A stretch of 64,000 bases of DNA from Actinomycetota bacterium (GTDB taxonomy: Bacteria; Actinomycetota; UBA4738; HRBIN12): contig DATEBA010000023.1 in NCBI GenBank assembly GCA_035288045.1, positions 3,356 to 67,355 on the forward strand, given 5' to 3'. Positions 19,279-28,714 of the stretch are shown in pieces. The notes beneath the pieces are model-generated. The model saw only the letters and a program-made list of their open reading frames with translations. It ran no database searches and was not told where the DNA came from. Both the position numbers and the translations under genes were made by a program. Position 1 is the first letter of the stretch; every line of letters begins with the position of its first letter.

Positions 19279-20382
19279 CTAGCGGGTCGGGTCCGGGTTC
19301 ACTCCGAGGGTCACGCCGACGGTCTTCTCACCGTTCAGACCGTCGACTCGAACCTCGACCTCCTCCCCGGGAGACCGGCTGCGGATCAGGTCCCCGAGCT
19401 CCTCCGACGACGCCACATCGTGCCCGTCGAAGCCCAGGACGACATCGCCTTGCTCGATCCCAGCTTCGGCTGCCGGGCCGTCCGGCGCCACGGCCACGAC
19501 GAAGGCACCCTCGCTCACCGGCAGCCCGTACTGGATCGCGAGAGGCGAGTCCACGGTTCGCGAGATGACCCCCAGGTAGGCGACCGCCGCCTCGGGGTTC
19601 TCGATGGCGTGCTCGATCGTGGGCTTGGCGGCGTCGATCGAGATCGCGAAACCGATGTTCTCCGCGAACCCGGCACCGATGCCTGCGGTGTTGATGCCGA
19701 CGACCTGCCCCGCCAGGTTCACGAGGGGCCCGCCGGAGTTCCCCGGGTTTATCGCGGCGTCGGTCTGGATCACGTGGGAGTACTCGCGCTGGCCCCCGAG
19801 GCAGACGTCCTGGGCACAGTTCGGGTCCTGAGCCTTGATCACCCTGTCCATCGACGAGACGATGCCGGTCGTCACGCTGGGGCCACCCTCAAGAGCTAGC
19901 GCGTACCCGATCGCAACGACCTGCTGCCCGAGCTCGAGGGCGTCCGAGCTGCCGAGCGACACGGTGGGCAGACCCGCGTCGTCGATCTTCAACACCGCCA
20001 GATCGGCCGCCTGATCCCCGCCGATCACCCGGGCGTCGTACTCCTCGGGTTCCTGTCCGGAGGTGATGACTCGGATCCGCTGGGCGCGCTCCACGACGTG
20101 GTAGTTCGTCACCACGACCCCGTCGGGGCGGACTATGAATCCGGTGCCGGTCCCTTGACCCGTGTCCCCGAAGGGGTCGAGCTGGTCGGTCGTCACGTTG
20201 ACGACCGCCGGGAGCACGCGCCTGACCACCTGCACCACCGGCCCGCCGCGCACCTTCGAGATGAGGGCGGGAGAAGCCTGCTCCGGACTCGCTTCGGCCC
20301 GCACCTGCGACGGCGGCTCGGTCGTGCACGCCGCGACCAGCAGCCCTAGCGCGAGCGCCGGAGCCAGGATCTTGCCGGTCAT
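19279..20382 (-). CDS. HtrA/DegP-family serine protease with PDZ domain, lipoprotein signal
   Basis: ORF 367 aa. Signal plus lipobox LVAAC. Trypsin-like fold with GNSGGPL active-site Ser. C-terminal PDZ. Confidence 0.85.
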   Translation of the reverse strand: MTGKILAPALALGLLVAACTTEPPSQVRAEASPEQASPALISKVRGGPVVQVVRRVLPAVVNVTTDQLDPFGDTGQGTGTGFIVRPDGVVVTNYHVVERAQRIRVITSGQEPEEYDARVIGGDQAADLAVLKIDDAGLPTVSLGSSDALELGQQVVAIGYALALEGGPSVTTGIVSSMDRVIKAQDPNCAQDVCLGGQREYSHVIQTDAAINPGNSGGPLVNLAGQVVGINTAGIGAGFAENIGFAISIDAAKPTIEHAIENPEAAVAYLGVISRTVDSPLAIQYGLPVSEGAFVVAVAPDGPAAEAGIEQGDVVLGFDGHDVASSEELGDLIRSRSPGEEVEVRVDGLNGEKTVGVTLGVNPDPTR

Positions 20383-20460
20383 GTCCCTCCCACGATACGG
20401 GTCCCTACCACGATACGGGCTCGCCCCGTATTCGACGTGCGCGGACCGGCCGTTCGCCGC

Positions 20461-21630
20461 TCAGGCGGAGAGCGCCGCGGCGGGGACCTTCTTGCTCGGG
20501 TCCACGAAGGGAAGCGCGGCAGTCTTTCCCGCGGTCCGCTCCCCTCCCCGCCAGAGGATCTCGACCTCGATCCCCGGATCGGCGAGCTCGATCGGAACCC
20601 AGACGTACCCGATGTTCTTCTCCAGGCGAGGCGACCAGATCAGGTCCGTCACGTAGCCGACCTCCCGGCCGTCGTGGAGCGCGGGCCGGACCTCCGAGAT
20701 CTCGAAGTCGAGCGCCTCGCCCGGAACCTCGATTCCGACGAGCTTCTTCGTCACGCCCTCGTTGCGGATCCTCGCGAGGGCGGCCTTGCCGATGTAGTCG
20801 GCTTGCTGCTCCTCGACGAGTCGTTCGAGGCCCATCACCTCGAACGGGTTGTTGCGGATGGTCATGTCCGAGCCGTAGTTGAAGATGCCCGCTTCGATCC
20901 GGCGGGCCTCAACCGGCGCGATCGGGCGGATCTGGTAGGGCTCCCCCGCCTGCATGATCCTGTCCCACATCTCGCTCCCACGCGTCGGGTCCATCAGGTA
21001 GATCTCGAACCCGACCTCGCCAGTCCAGCCCGTCCGGCTGACCACGACCGGGATGTCGTCGAGCCGCGTCTGCATCGTCCAGTAGTACTTGATCTCAAGG
21101 ACCCCGTCACCGAACAGGTCGCGCAGCACGTCCTTGGACTTCGGCCCCTGCACCTGCACCGGGTAGACGTCCGGCTCGTCGACGCGGACGTCCAGCCCCG
21201 AGTTGACCGCGACGCCACGCGCGTAGAGGCCGGCGTCGCTGTCGGCCAGAGCCAGCCAGTACCGGTTCTCCTCCAGGCGGAGAAGAACGGGGTCGTTCAC
21301 GATCCCGCCGTCCTCCGCCATGATCAACGCGTACTTGCCCTGGCCGACCGCGCACTTGTCGAGGTCCCGGCAGGTCAGCATGTTCGTGAACCGGTGGGCG
21401 TCGGAACCTGTGATCTCGACGATCCGCTCGACCGAGACGTCCCAGAGCGTCACTTGCTCGAGGAGGTGCCAGTACTCCTTCACCGGGTCGTCGTAGTAGC
21501 CCGGCAGGTACATGTGGTTGTAGATGTCGTATGCCTTGCACCCGGCCTCGAGCGTCTTCTCAAAGAACGGCGACTTCCTGTACCAGGGGCCGAAATAGAG
21601 CGTGGTCGACGTGTTGCCGAACTCGGTCAT
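20461..21630 (-). CDS. GcvT-family (aminomethyltransferase-like) THF-dependent methyltransferase/demethylase, paralog 1
   Basis: ORF 389 aa with GcvT N- and C-domain patterns. Paralogous to 23115..24269 (LWDVSVER..., VVVSRTGWTGEVG..., PFVDP). Confidence 0.7.
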   Translation of the reverse strand: MTEFGNTSTTLYFGPWYRKSPFFEKTLEAGCKAYDIYNHMYLPGYYDDPVKEYWHLLEQVTLWDVSVERIVEITGSDAHRFTNMLTCRDLDKCAVGQGKYALIMAEDGGIVNDPVLLRLEENRYWLALADSDAGLYARGVAVNSGLDVRVDEPDVYPVQVQGPKSKDVLRDLFGDGVLEIKYYWTMQTRLDDIPVVVSRTGWTGEVGFEIYLMDPTRGSEMWDRIMQAGEPYQIRPIAPVEARRIEAGIFNYGSDMTIRNNPFEVMGLERLVEEQQADYIGKAALARIRNEGVTKKLVGIEVPGEALDFEISEVRPALHDGREVGYVTDLIWSPRLEKNIGYVWVPIELADPGIEVEILWRGGERTAGKTAALPFVDPSKKVPAAALSA

Positions 21631-21712
21631 GCTGGTGCCCTCCCTGTCCGAACCCCGGGCTCTCCACCCGCGCTGATTGAATCTTCAGTCAAGCCGGCCC
21701 TCCCGTGCAAGT

Positions 21713-22669
21713 TCAGGCGGAAGTGGGCACGGCCACCTCGGGGCGCGGGAGGAGGCCCGCTTCCTCGATGAGCGCCAGGATGTCTTCGCGACCTCCGATG
21801 GACATGAGGTGGACCCCCGAGACCCCGGGTAGCTCCCTGGCCCCGTGGAGGACCTCGAGGGCGATCCTCCTACCCTCCTCCGCCTGGCGTTCGGCCGGCG
21901 TTCCCTCCATGCGCTCGATCACCCAGTCCGGGACATCGATACCGGGTACCTGATCGCGGAGGTACCGTGCTCCCCTTAGGGAACGGGGGATGAAGATGCC
22001 GACGAGCACGAACACTCGGTCGAGCGCTCCGAGCTCGCCGGCGCGAGCCATGAACTCGCGGAGCTTGGACACGTTGAAGCAGATCTGGGTCTGGATGAAC
22101 TGGGCGCCCGCCTCCACCTTCTTCTGGAGACGGATCGGGCGGAAATCGAGCGGAGGCGCGAACGGGTTCTCGACCGCGCCGATGAAGAATCGCGGAGACT
22201 CCGTGAGCCGGCGCCCGGATAGGTAGGTCCCGTCGTCGCGCAAGATCCGAGCGATCCGAATCAGGTGGAGCGAATCGAGGTCGTAGATCGCCTTTGCCTC
22301 TGGGTGGTCGCCGGCGGACACGTCGTCGCCGGTCATGAGCATCACGTTCCGCACCCCGAGCGCGGCCGTGCCGAGCAAGTCCGCCTGAAGTCCGAGGCGG
22401 TTCCGGTCGCGGCAGGTGAACTGCGCGATCGGCTCGATGCCGCGATCGACGAGCAGGTGCGCGGCCGCGACCTGCGAGATGTGGGGGTGAGCGGCGCTGT
22501 TGTCGGTGCAGTTCACGGCGTCGACCTTGCCCCGCAAGGGATCCGCGACGGCGTGGACCGACTCGGGATCAGCGCCGTCGGTCGTCTCGAGCTCGCAGGT
22601 GACGGCGAAGTGCCCGCCCCTGAGCAGCGCTTCCAGTCGACTCGCCGGTGGGCGTCCGGTCTGGCTCAT
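21713..22669 (-). CDS. metF: 5,10-methylenetetrahydrofolate reductase (MetF family)
   Basis: Internal start M140 of ORF 21713..23086, in an ATGA overlap with the upstream gene. HFAVTCELETTDGAD...FTCRDRN...LLGTAALGVRNVMLMTGD is the MTHFR TIM-barrel pattern. Confidence 0.75.
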   Translation of the reverse strand: MSQTGRPPASRLEALLRGGHFAVTCELETTDGADPESVHAVADPLRGKVDAVNCTDNSAAHPHISQVAAAHLLVDRGIEPIAQFTCRDRNRLGLQADLLGTAALGVRNVMLMTGDDVSAGDHPEAKAIYDLDSLHLIRIARILRDDGTYLSGRRLTESPRFFIGAVENPFAPPLDFRPIRLQKKVEAGAQFIQTQICFNVSKLREFMARAGELGALDRVFVLVGIFIPRSLRGARYLRDQVPGIDVPDWVIERMEGTPAERQAEEGRRIALEVLHGARELPGVSGVHLMSIGGREDILALIEEAGLLPRPEVAVPTSA

Positions 22670-23046
22670 TCGCGCTTCACTTGCTCGTCGGCCCATCCTG
22701 CCGGCACCAGCTTGTCCCGCCGGGTGAGTAGGTTCACCCAGGACGAGGTGCCCTCCAGCTGCCAATCCACCGGCGGGTTCAGGTGCTCCATATGGTCCCG
22801 CCAGAGCGGAAGCTTCCGAGAGCGCTCCCAGGCAACCACCCAGGTGCACATGCGGTCGGGTTCCACCTCGCAGTTGCCGTTCTGCAAGACGCCGCCGCAG
22901 GGACCGTTGCGGAGGTTCTTCGGGCAGGTCATTGGGCATCGGAGCCCCGTGGAGTGCAGGATGCACTGGCCGCACATCCGGCAGTCCCAGAGCGGCTCCT
23001 TCGTGACCTTCTCCACGAGGAGGATCGCTCGCGTGCCGAGCCCCAT
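22666..23046 (-). CDS. MTHFR C-terminal-domain (MetV-like) Cys-rich zinc-ribbon protein
   Basis: Internal start M138 of ORF 22666..23457. CRMCGQCILHSTGLRCPMTCPKNLRNGPCGG...NCEVEPDRMCTW gives a multi-Cys pattern, as in the stand-alone MTHFR_C partner of MetF. Confidence 0.6.
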   Translation of the reverse strand: MGLGTRAILLVEKVTKEPLWDCRMCGQCILHSTGLRCPMTCPKNLRNGPCGGVLQNGNCEVEPDRMCTWVVAWERSRKLPLWRDHMEHLNPPVDWQLEGTSSWVNLLTRRDKLVPAGWADEQVKRE

Positions 23047-23114
23047 CTTCGGGCGCCCCCTCGCATTGGCCGTCTCCACCTGCCACCTCCCGTGGGGATC
23101 TCCCCGCCCCTCGA

Positions 23115-24269
23115 CTAGGAGACGGGGATCTGCTTGTTCGGGTCGACGAACGGCATCTCGACCACGGTCGCAGTCCGCGTGCCCCACTCGCTCTCCACGA
23201 TCACCCTCGTGCCGAGCTCGGACCGAGCCGTCGGCAGCCAGGCGAAGCCGATGTTCTTCTCCAGACGCGGCGAGTAGATCGCGGAGGTCACCTTTCCGAT
23301 CTTCGCCCCATCCTCGACCACCGGCCACTTCACGTAGTTGAGCGCGGGGAACGGGGCGCCGTCGAGCTCGACCCCGTTGATCCTGCGGGTCACGCCCCGC
23401 TCCTTGATCCGTCGGAGCGCCTTGAGGGAGATGCTCGCGTCGTCCGGCACGTCCCAATCGACCAGGCGCTCCAACCCCATCTCGAGCGGATCGTTCTCGT
23501 AGGTCATGTCTGCGCCCCAGTTGAAGATCGCGCCCTCGATCCGCCTGATGTCCGAGGGGCCGGTCGGTTTGATGTTGAACTCCTCGCCGGCCTTCATGAT
23601 GGCCTCGTAGACCTCCGCGCCCCGAGACGCATCGATCGTGTAGACCTCGTAGCCAACCTCGGAGGTCCAGCCCGTCCGCGTCACGACCACCGGCACGCCT
23701 GCGATCTCCGCGTGCGTCCAGAAGTAGTACTTGAGGTCCAGGATGCTCTCGCCGAGGAGCTTCACCATCAGGTCCTTGGACTTCGGGCCCTGGACCTGGA
23801 GCGGCGCCACGTCGGCCTCGCGGATCGTGACATCGAGATCTGGGTATGCGTTCTTCAACCCGCGCGCGAACAGAAGGGCGTCGGACGACGCCAGTGCGAA
23901 CCAGAACGTGTTCTCGTCCATCCTAGTGAGGACGGGGTCGTTGATGATCCCGCCGTCGCTGTCGACGATGAGGACGTACTTGGCCTGGCCCACTGCGCAC
24001 TTCGACAGGTCCCGCGGGGTGAGGAGCTGGGCGAACGTGAAACCGTCGGGGCCGCCGATCTCCAGGCACCGCTCGACCGCGACGTCCCAGAGCGTCACGT
24101 CGTTCAGCAGAGCCTCGAACTCCGCCTCGAATGAGTCGAAGCGGATCGGGAAGTACATGTGGTTGTAGACCGTGAACCCCTTCGGCCCGTACTTCTGCGT
24201 GGCCTCGTGGTACGGCGTGCGGCGGCCCCGCGCCCCACGCTGCACCAGGCTCATGTCGAACTCGGGCAT
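23115..24269 (-). CDS. GcvT-family THF-dependent methyltransferase/demethylase, paralog 2
   Basis: ORF 384 aa. Same domain pattern as 20461..21630. Confidence 0.7.
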   Translation of the reverse strand: MPEFDMSLVQRGARGRRTPYHEATQKYGPKGFTVYNHMYFPIRFDSFEAEFEALLNDVTLWDVAVERCLEIGGPDGFTFAQLLTPRDLSKCAVGQAKYVLIVDSDGGIINDPVLTRMDENTFWFALASSDALLFARGLKNAYPDLDVTIREADVAPLQVQGPKSKDLMVKLLGESILDLKYYFWTHAEIAGVPVVVTRTGWTSEVGYEVYTIDASRGAEVYEAIMKAGEEFNIKPTGPSDIRRIEGAIFNWGADMTYENDPLEMGLERLVDWDVPDDASISLKALRRIKERGVTRRINGVELDGAPFPALNYVKWPVVEDGAKIGKVTSAIYSPRLEKNIGFAWLPTARSELGTRVIVESEWGTRTATVVEMPFVDPNKQIPVS

Positions 24270-24401
24270 GCCCTCCTCCTCGATGTCTCGGGCTACGGAG
24301 AGACCGAGGGCGCCTGCGGCCCTGCCTCCGCGCCCTTCCGGGTCGTCGGCGTATCGTGCGAGCCCCGCCCCCCCGCAGCAACACCGCGCGTTGACCCCTG
24401 G

Positions 24402-25355
24402 TCAGGAGGCCGCCCCGCCGGAGTCGTTGGCCTGCGGCGGAGGGAAGATGCGCCCCTCCAGGTAGCCGCGGCCGACGATGGCCATGAACAGGTGAACCTC
24501 GTCCTCGTTCCAGGCGAAGGGCCCTTGCCGGGCGCCACGCGAGGCTAGCCCTCGCTGGACCGACTCGCACGCGGCCCAGTCCTCCCTGTTCGTCACGTCC
24601 CAGAACTCGCTCGCGTAGGAGGGGTCGAAGTCCGCGAGCTCCGTAACCTCCGGCGGAAAGAGCCAGGAGCACTCCACCCACGTCTTTCCCGGGGTGAGCG
24701 GATCCATGCGGTGCGTCATCACGTAGTCCGGGTGCAGGCTGATCAGCAGGTTAGGGAACAGCCCGTAGTAGTAGACCTCGCGGCGTTGCTTCTCGTCCAG
24801 GCCGCGGATCGGCACGCCCCCGCCCCTGCCGGTGAACGACATGGTCTCGGCGAAGTCCATGAGCTCCATGTTCCCACCGACCCAGCATCCGTTGTGGGGG
24901 AAGTTCTCACCACTGTCCACCGGCGTCACCTTGCACAGGGCCGGATGGATGCTCGGGCAGTGGTAGCACTCGTGGTAGTTCTCCGTAATCGTCTTCCAGT
25001 TAGCGTTCACGACGTATTCGTGCTTCGCCGCTACGAAGAGACGCTCGGGCTCCCACGGCGCGACGAGCTCATCGAGGTTCCCCACGTGCTCCTCGAAGGG
25101 GAGCGCATAGCCGGAGGCATCGGCGAACGCCCACCCGTGCCACTCGCGAACGACCCCGGGGCCCGAGAGTTCCTCCGCCCGACCGAGGCACACCCAGGAC
25201 CCCTCGAAGAAGTGGGAGCGTTCCCAGGCGAGAACCTCCTCTGACAGGTAGGCCTCCGGTGGCAGGGTCCGGCTCGCGCCCAGAGTGGACCTGAGCGCGG
25301 TCCGAATGGCCTGCGCGTCGACGGGTGCGATGGGTTCGACGGCTGCCCGGCTCAT
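24402..25355 (-). CDS. ring-hydroxylating oxygenase alpha-subunit homolog lacking the Rieske [2Fe-2S] domain
   Basis: ORF 317 aa. N-terminal LAWERSHFFEGSWVCLGRAEEL and the catalytic-domain motif NWKTITENYHECYHCPSIHP (mononuclear Fe His pair) are present. Only a relic (REWHGWAF) of the second Rieske box is present, and no CxH box. Confidence 0.55.
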   Translation of the reverse strand: MSRAAVEPIAPVDAQAIRTALRSTLGASRTLPPEAYLSEEVLAWERSHFFEGSWVCLGRAEELSGPGVVREWHGWAFADASGYALPFEEHVGNLDELVAPWEPERLFVAAKHEYVVNANWKTITENYHECYHCPSIHPALCKVTPVDSGENFPHNGCWVGGNMELMDFAETMSFTGRGGGVPIRGLDEKQRREVYYYGLFPNLLISLHPDYVMTHRMDPLTPGKTWVECSWLFPPEVTELADFDPSYASEFWDVTNREDWAACESVQRGLASRGARQGPFAWNEDEVHLFMAIVGRGYLEGRIFPPPQANDSGGAAS

Positions 25356-25491
25356 TCCGATCGTCCTCCGAGGGTGACCGCGGGTTTGAACGCCCGTTCA
25401 AGTGCTGCCAGAGTCTAGCATTACTGCCAGGCCGAGGAGGAAGCACAGTGCCCCGGACCGGCGGTCATCACAGACGCGACCCCGGGTCACA

Positions 25492-27153
25492 TCAGGCGAA
25501 GGACGCGTCCTCGAATACGTTCTCGCCCTCGACCAGCGTGAGCTGCACCTTCGCGTGCCCGATCTCGGAGACCGGGTGCTCGAACAGGTTCCTGTCGACA
25601 ACGGCGAGGTCGGCGTACTTGCCCACCTCGATCGACCCGGTGACTTCCTCGATGTGGTTCACGTATGCCGAGCCCATGGTGAACGCGTGGATCGCGGTCG
25701 GCAGATCGATCCGCTCCTCAGGGAGGAAGACCCCCTCGGTTCCCCTCGCGTAGGGGTAGTCGGGCGCCGGGAGGCGGTTCACCGCGACGTGTATCTCCCA
25801 GAGCGGGTTCGGGCTCGAGACCGACCAGTCGCTCCCGAAGGCCAGCATCGCGCCGTGCCGCACGAGGCTTGCGAATGGGTACTGCCACGTCGAGCGCTGG
25901 GCGCCGAGGAACGGGACCGTGAGGTTCAGCATCTGACCCTCGTTGATCGCCCACAGGGGCTGGCCGTTGGCGACGACACCGAGCTCGCGGAACCTCGGCA
26001 GGTCGTCGGGGTGGATCACCTGTATGTGTGCGATGTGGTGGCGGTTGTCGTTCATACCGTTGGCATGTCGGGCGGCCTCGACGGCGTCGAGGGACTCCCT
26101 GACCGACCGCTCCCCGATCGCGTGGAAGTGCACCTGGAAGCCCTCGGCGTCGAGGCGGGTCACGTGCACCTTGAGCGCCTCAGGATGGACGAAGCTCTTC
26201 CCGCGGTTTTCGGTCGGGTTCCCCTCTGCGTCGAGGTACGGCTCCAGCACGCCTCCGGTGAAGTTCTCCAGGACGCCGTCCTGCATGATCTTGATCGTCG
26301 TCGCGCGGAAGCGACCTACCGTTCCTCGCGCGCGCTGATCGATGAACTCGGCGATCTGCCCGGCGTCGCGGTAGCGATCCCACCAGAGCGCCCCAACGAC
26401 CCGGGCGGTCAGGTCGCCGCGCGAGGCGGCCTCCTTGTACGCCTCGTAGGAGGGGTAGTGTCCTCCGACGATCGCGTCCTGCCAGGCGGTGATGCCCAGC
26501 GAGTGCAGGTATTCCTGCGCGACCAGGAGACCGTCGATCCAGTCCTTGACGGTGATCTCCGGCACCAGATCCACGACGGGCTGCATCGCCCCCTCGTGGA
26601 GGGTCCCGAACGGGGCTCCCTCGGCGTCACGCTCGATCACGCCGTCGGCCGGGTCGGGGGTCTCCTTGGTGATCCCTGCCAGCTCGAGGACCTTCGAGTT
26701 GACCCAGGCGCTGTGGCCGTCCCGGCTCGTGAGGAAGACTGGGCGGTCCGGGACGAGCGCGTCGAGCTCGGTCTTGGGGGGTGCTCCGCGGGGGAAGACG
26801 TCCATCGACCACCCGCCGCCCAGGATCCATGGCTCCTCCGGGTGCTCCTGAGCGTACGCTCGGATGATCCTTCGGTACGCGTCGAGCTCGTATTCGTCCG
26901 AGAGGTTGCAGTGCGCCATCTCCCAGCCGCCGGACGGCGGGTGGACGTGCGCGTCCTGGAACCCCGGGAGGAGCATGCGCCCGTTCAGGTCGTGCACCTC
27001 CGTTCGGGGCCCGACGAGGTCCTGGACGTCCGCGTCGGTCCCAACGGCCACGATACGACCGCGTCGGATCGCGACCGCGCCGGCCCATCTGCGCGCGGCG
27101 TCGACCGTGTAGACGGCTCCGCCCATGAAGACAAGATCCGCGTTCTCGCTCAC
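25492..27153 (-). CDS. amidohydrolase-3 (YtcJ-like) family metal-dependent hydrolase
   Basis: GTG start (V91 of ORF 25492..27423) preceded by GGAGG-tgacg. VSENADLVFMGGAVYTVD...FQDAHVHP...HFHAIGE...GSDW are the amidohydrolase metal-ligand motifs. Confidence 0.7.
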   Translation of the reverse strand: MSENADLVFMGGAVYTVDAARRWAGAVAIRRGRIVAVGTDADVQDLVGPRTEVHDLNGRMLLPGFQDAHVHPPSGGWEMAHCNLSDEYELDAYRRIIRAYAQEHPEEPWILGGGWSMDVFPRGAPPKTELDALVPDRPVFLTSRDGHSAWVNSKVLELAGITKETPDPADGVIERDAEGAPFGTLHEGAMQPVVDLVPEITVKDWIDGLLVAQEYLHSLGITAWQDAIVGGHYPSYEAYKEAASRGDLTARVVGALWWDRYRDAGQIAEFIDQRARGTVGRFRATTIKIMQDGVLENFTGGVLEPYLDAEGNPTENRGKSFVHPEALKVHVTRLDAEGFQVHFHAIGERSVRESLDAVEAARHANGMNDNRHHIAHIQVIHPDDLPRFRELGVVANGQPLWAINEGQMLNLTVPFLGAQRSTWQYPFASLVRHGAMLAFGSDWSVSSPNPLWEIHVAVNRLPAPDYPYARGTEGVFLPEERIDLPTAIHAFTMGSAYVNHIEEVTGSIEVGKYADLAVVDRNLFEHPVSEIGHAKVQLTLVEGENVFEDASFA

Positions 27154-27283
27154 CGTCACCTCCGTCGCCGGACTCGGGTGAGGATAACCGACCCAGGCAT
27201 CGGACCTTCGGCCACCCCCGGTACCCGATCCTTGGTAGTGCGATCCGGTATCCCCCGGATGACGCGAACGGGCTCTACGCCGA

Positions 27284-27679
27284 GTGGTTCGGATTGCCGA
27301 CCTTTCGTGTATGGCAGCCCGGACGCTCACCCCCGAGACCGGCAGGAGGTCGCAGCTCCTCGGTATCCCTGCCGCGGCGGCGTACTGCCGCGTGAGACCC
27401 GGGGAGATCCTCCGGGGCCTCACGAACGGCGTCTACCCCGGTGCGGTCAAGGGCGACGACGGGCACTGGCTGATCCCAATCGCGGATCTCGAGGCTGCCA
27501 TGGCAGGGGTCTTCGGGGCGCACCGCACGACCTCTGAACTAGCCGCTCTCGAGGTGTCCGTGCGGTCCGCCCCGGAGCAGTCTCCCCGCCGGCGGTTCTT
27601 CGCACCGAACGACAAGGAGTCGCTGAGCCTCCAGACAGAGCTTCAGCGCAAGGCGCGGCAGCGGACGAAGGGCCGCTAG
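27284..27679 (+). CDS. excisionase-family helix-turn-helix (HTH_17-like) DNA-binding protein
   Basis: 131 aa. LLGIPAAAAYCRVRPGEILRGLTNGVYPGAVKGDDGHWLIPIADLE resembles the Xis/MerR-type HTH_17 fold. Basic C-terminal tail. Confidence 0.45.
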   Translation: MVRIADLSCMAARTLTPETGRRSQLLGIPAAAAYCRVRPGEILRGLTNGVYPGAVKGDDGHWLIPIADLEAAMAGVFGAHRTTSELAALEVSVRSAPEQSPRRRFFAPNDKESLSLQTELQRKARQRTKGR

Positions 27680-27902
27680 GCGCCCATCCGCTAGCTTGAC
27701 GGCGCAGGGAGTGTGGGGTTTCCTGCCAACAGCTACGAGCCCTCGTGGTACCGGACGGCCGCAGGCTGGCGTTCGTCGCCGGCCGCACTTCGACCTGGAC
27801 CTCTATACGATCCACGTCGACGGCAGCGGACGGCGCAAGCTCAGCTCCGACCGGGATTCGCTCGACCGGGACCCCGACTGGCGGACGATCGCGTGACCCC
27901 GC

Positions 27903-28670
27903 TCAGCTCCCTGCGGTCGCGCCGAAGTCGATGGCCACGTTCGCTCCCGTGATCGGCTCGGCTTTGGGAGAGGCCAGGAACCAAATCAGCTCCGCCACCT
28001 CGTCCGGCCGGATGAAGCGGGCGCGCGGTCCCGTCGGGTAATTAGCGAGCAGCGCCCTCAGGTACCCGTCCGGGTCGCCGACACCGTAGCGCTCCGCCTG
28101 GTATGCCAGCATCGGCGTGTCGACATCGTTCGGGCACACGGCGTTCACCCGGACACCCCGGGGCGCGTATTCGAGCGCCAAGGCGCGCGTCAGGTTGCTC
28201 ACCCCTCCCTTGGAGGCGGAGTAGATCGCGGTTTCGGAGGAGCCCTTCAGGCCTGCATCGGAGGACAGGTTCACGATGCAGCCGCCGGTCTCGAGCAGGT
28301 GAGGGAGCGCGAAGCGGCAGGTGAAGAACACGCCCTTCAGGTTCACGTCGATCGTTCGATCCCACTCCTCCTCGGTGGCGAGCTCCGTCAGACCCTCGAC
28401 CCAGACGCCGGCGCAGCACACGAGGACATCGAGCCTTCCCCCAGCCTCGATCGTCTCGCCGATTATCCGCTCGCAGTCCTCGACCCGCGTCACATCGGCC
28501 CCGACGGTGCGGACCTCACCCTTGCCCCGCAAGGCCTTCGCGGCCCTCGCCAAACCGTCTTTGCTCCGGTCGGCCAGGGACACGACGTCGCCGTCGGCCA
28601 GGAACCGCTCGGCGGTCGCGAGGCCGATGCCCCCCGCCCCGCCCGTGATCAGCACCACCCGTCCGCTCAT
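27903..28670 (-). CDS. short-chain dehydrogenase/reductase (SDR)
   Basis: Internal start of ORF 27903..29114 with a GGAGAGGGG RBS. MSGRVVLITGGAGGIGLA Rossmann motif and YSASK catalytic motif. Confidence 0.8.
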   Translation of the reverse strand: MSGRVVLITGGAGGIGLATAERFLADGDVVSLADRSKDGLARAAKALRGKGEVRTVGADVTRVEDCERIIGETIEAGGRLDVLVCCAGVWVEGLTELATEEEWDRTIDVNLKGVFFTCRFALPHLLETGGCIVNLSSDAGLKGSSETAIYSASKGGVSNLTRALALEYAPRGVRVNAVCPNDVDTPMLAYQAERYGVGDPDGYLRALLANYPTGPRARFIRPDEVAELIWFLASPKAEPITGANVAIDFGATAGS

Positions 28671-28714
28671 CGTTTCCCCTCTCCACGCGGCGCGCCGCAT
28701 CCTAGCGCGGCCCG

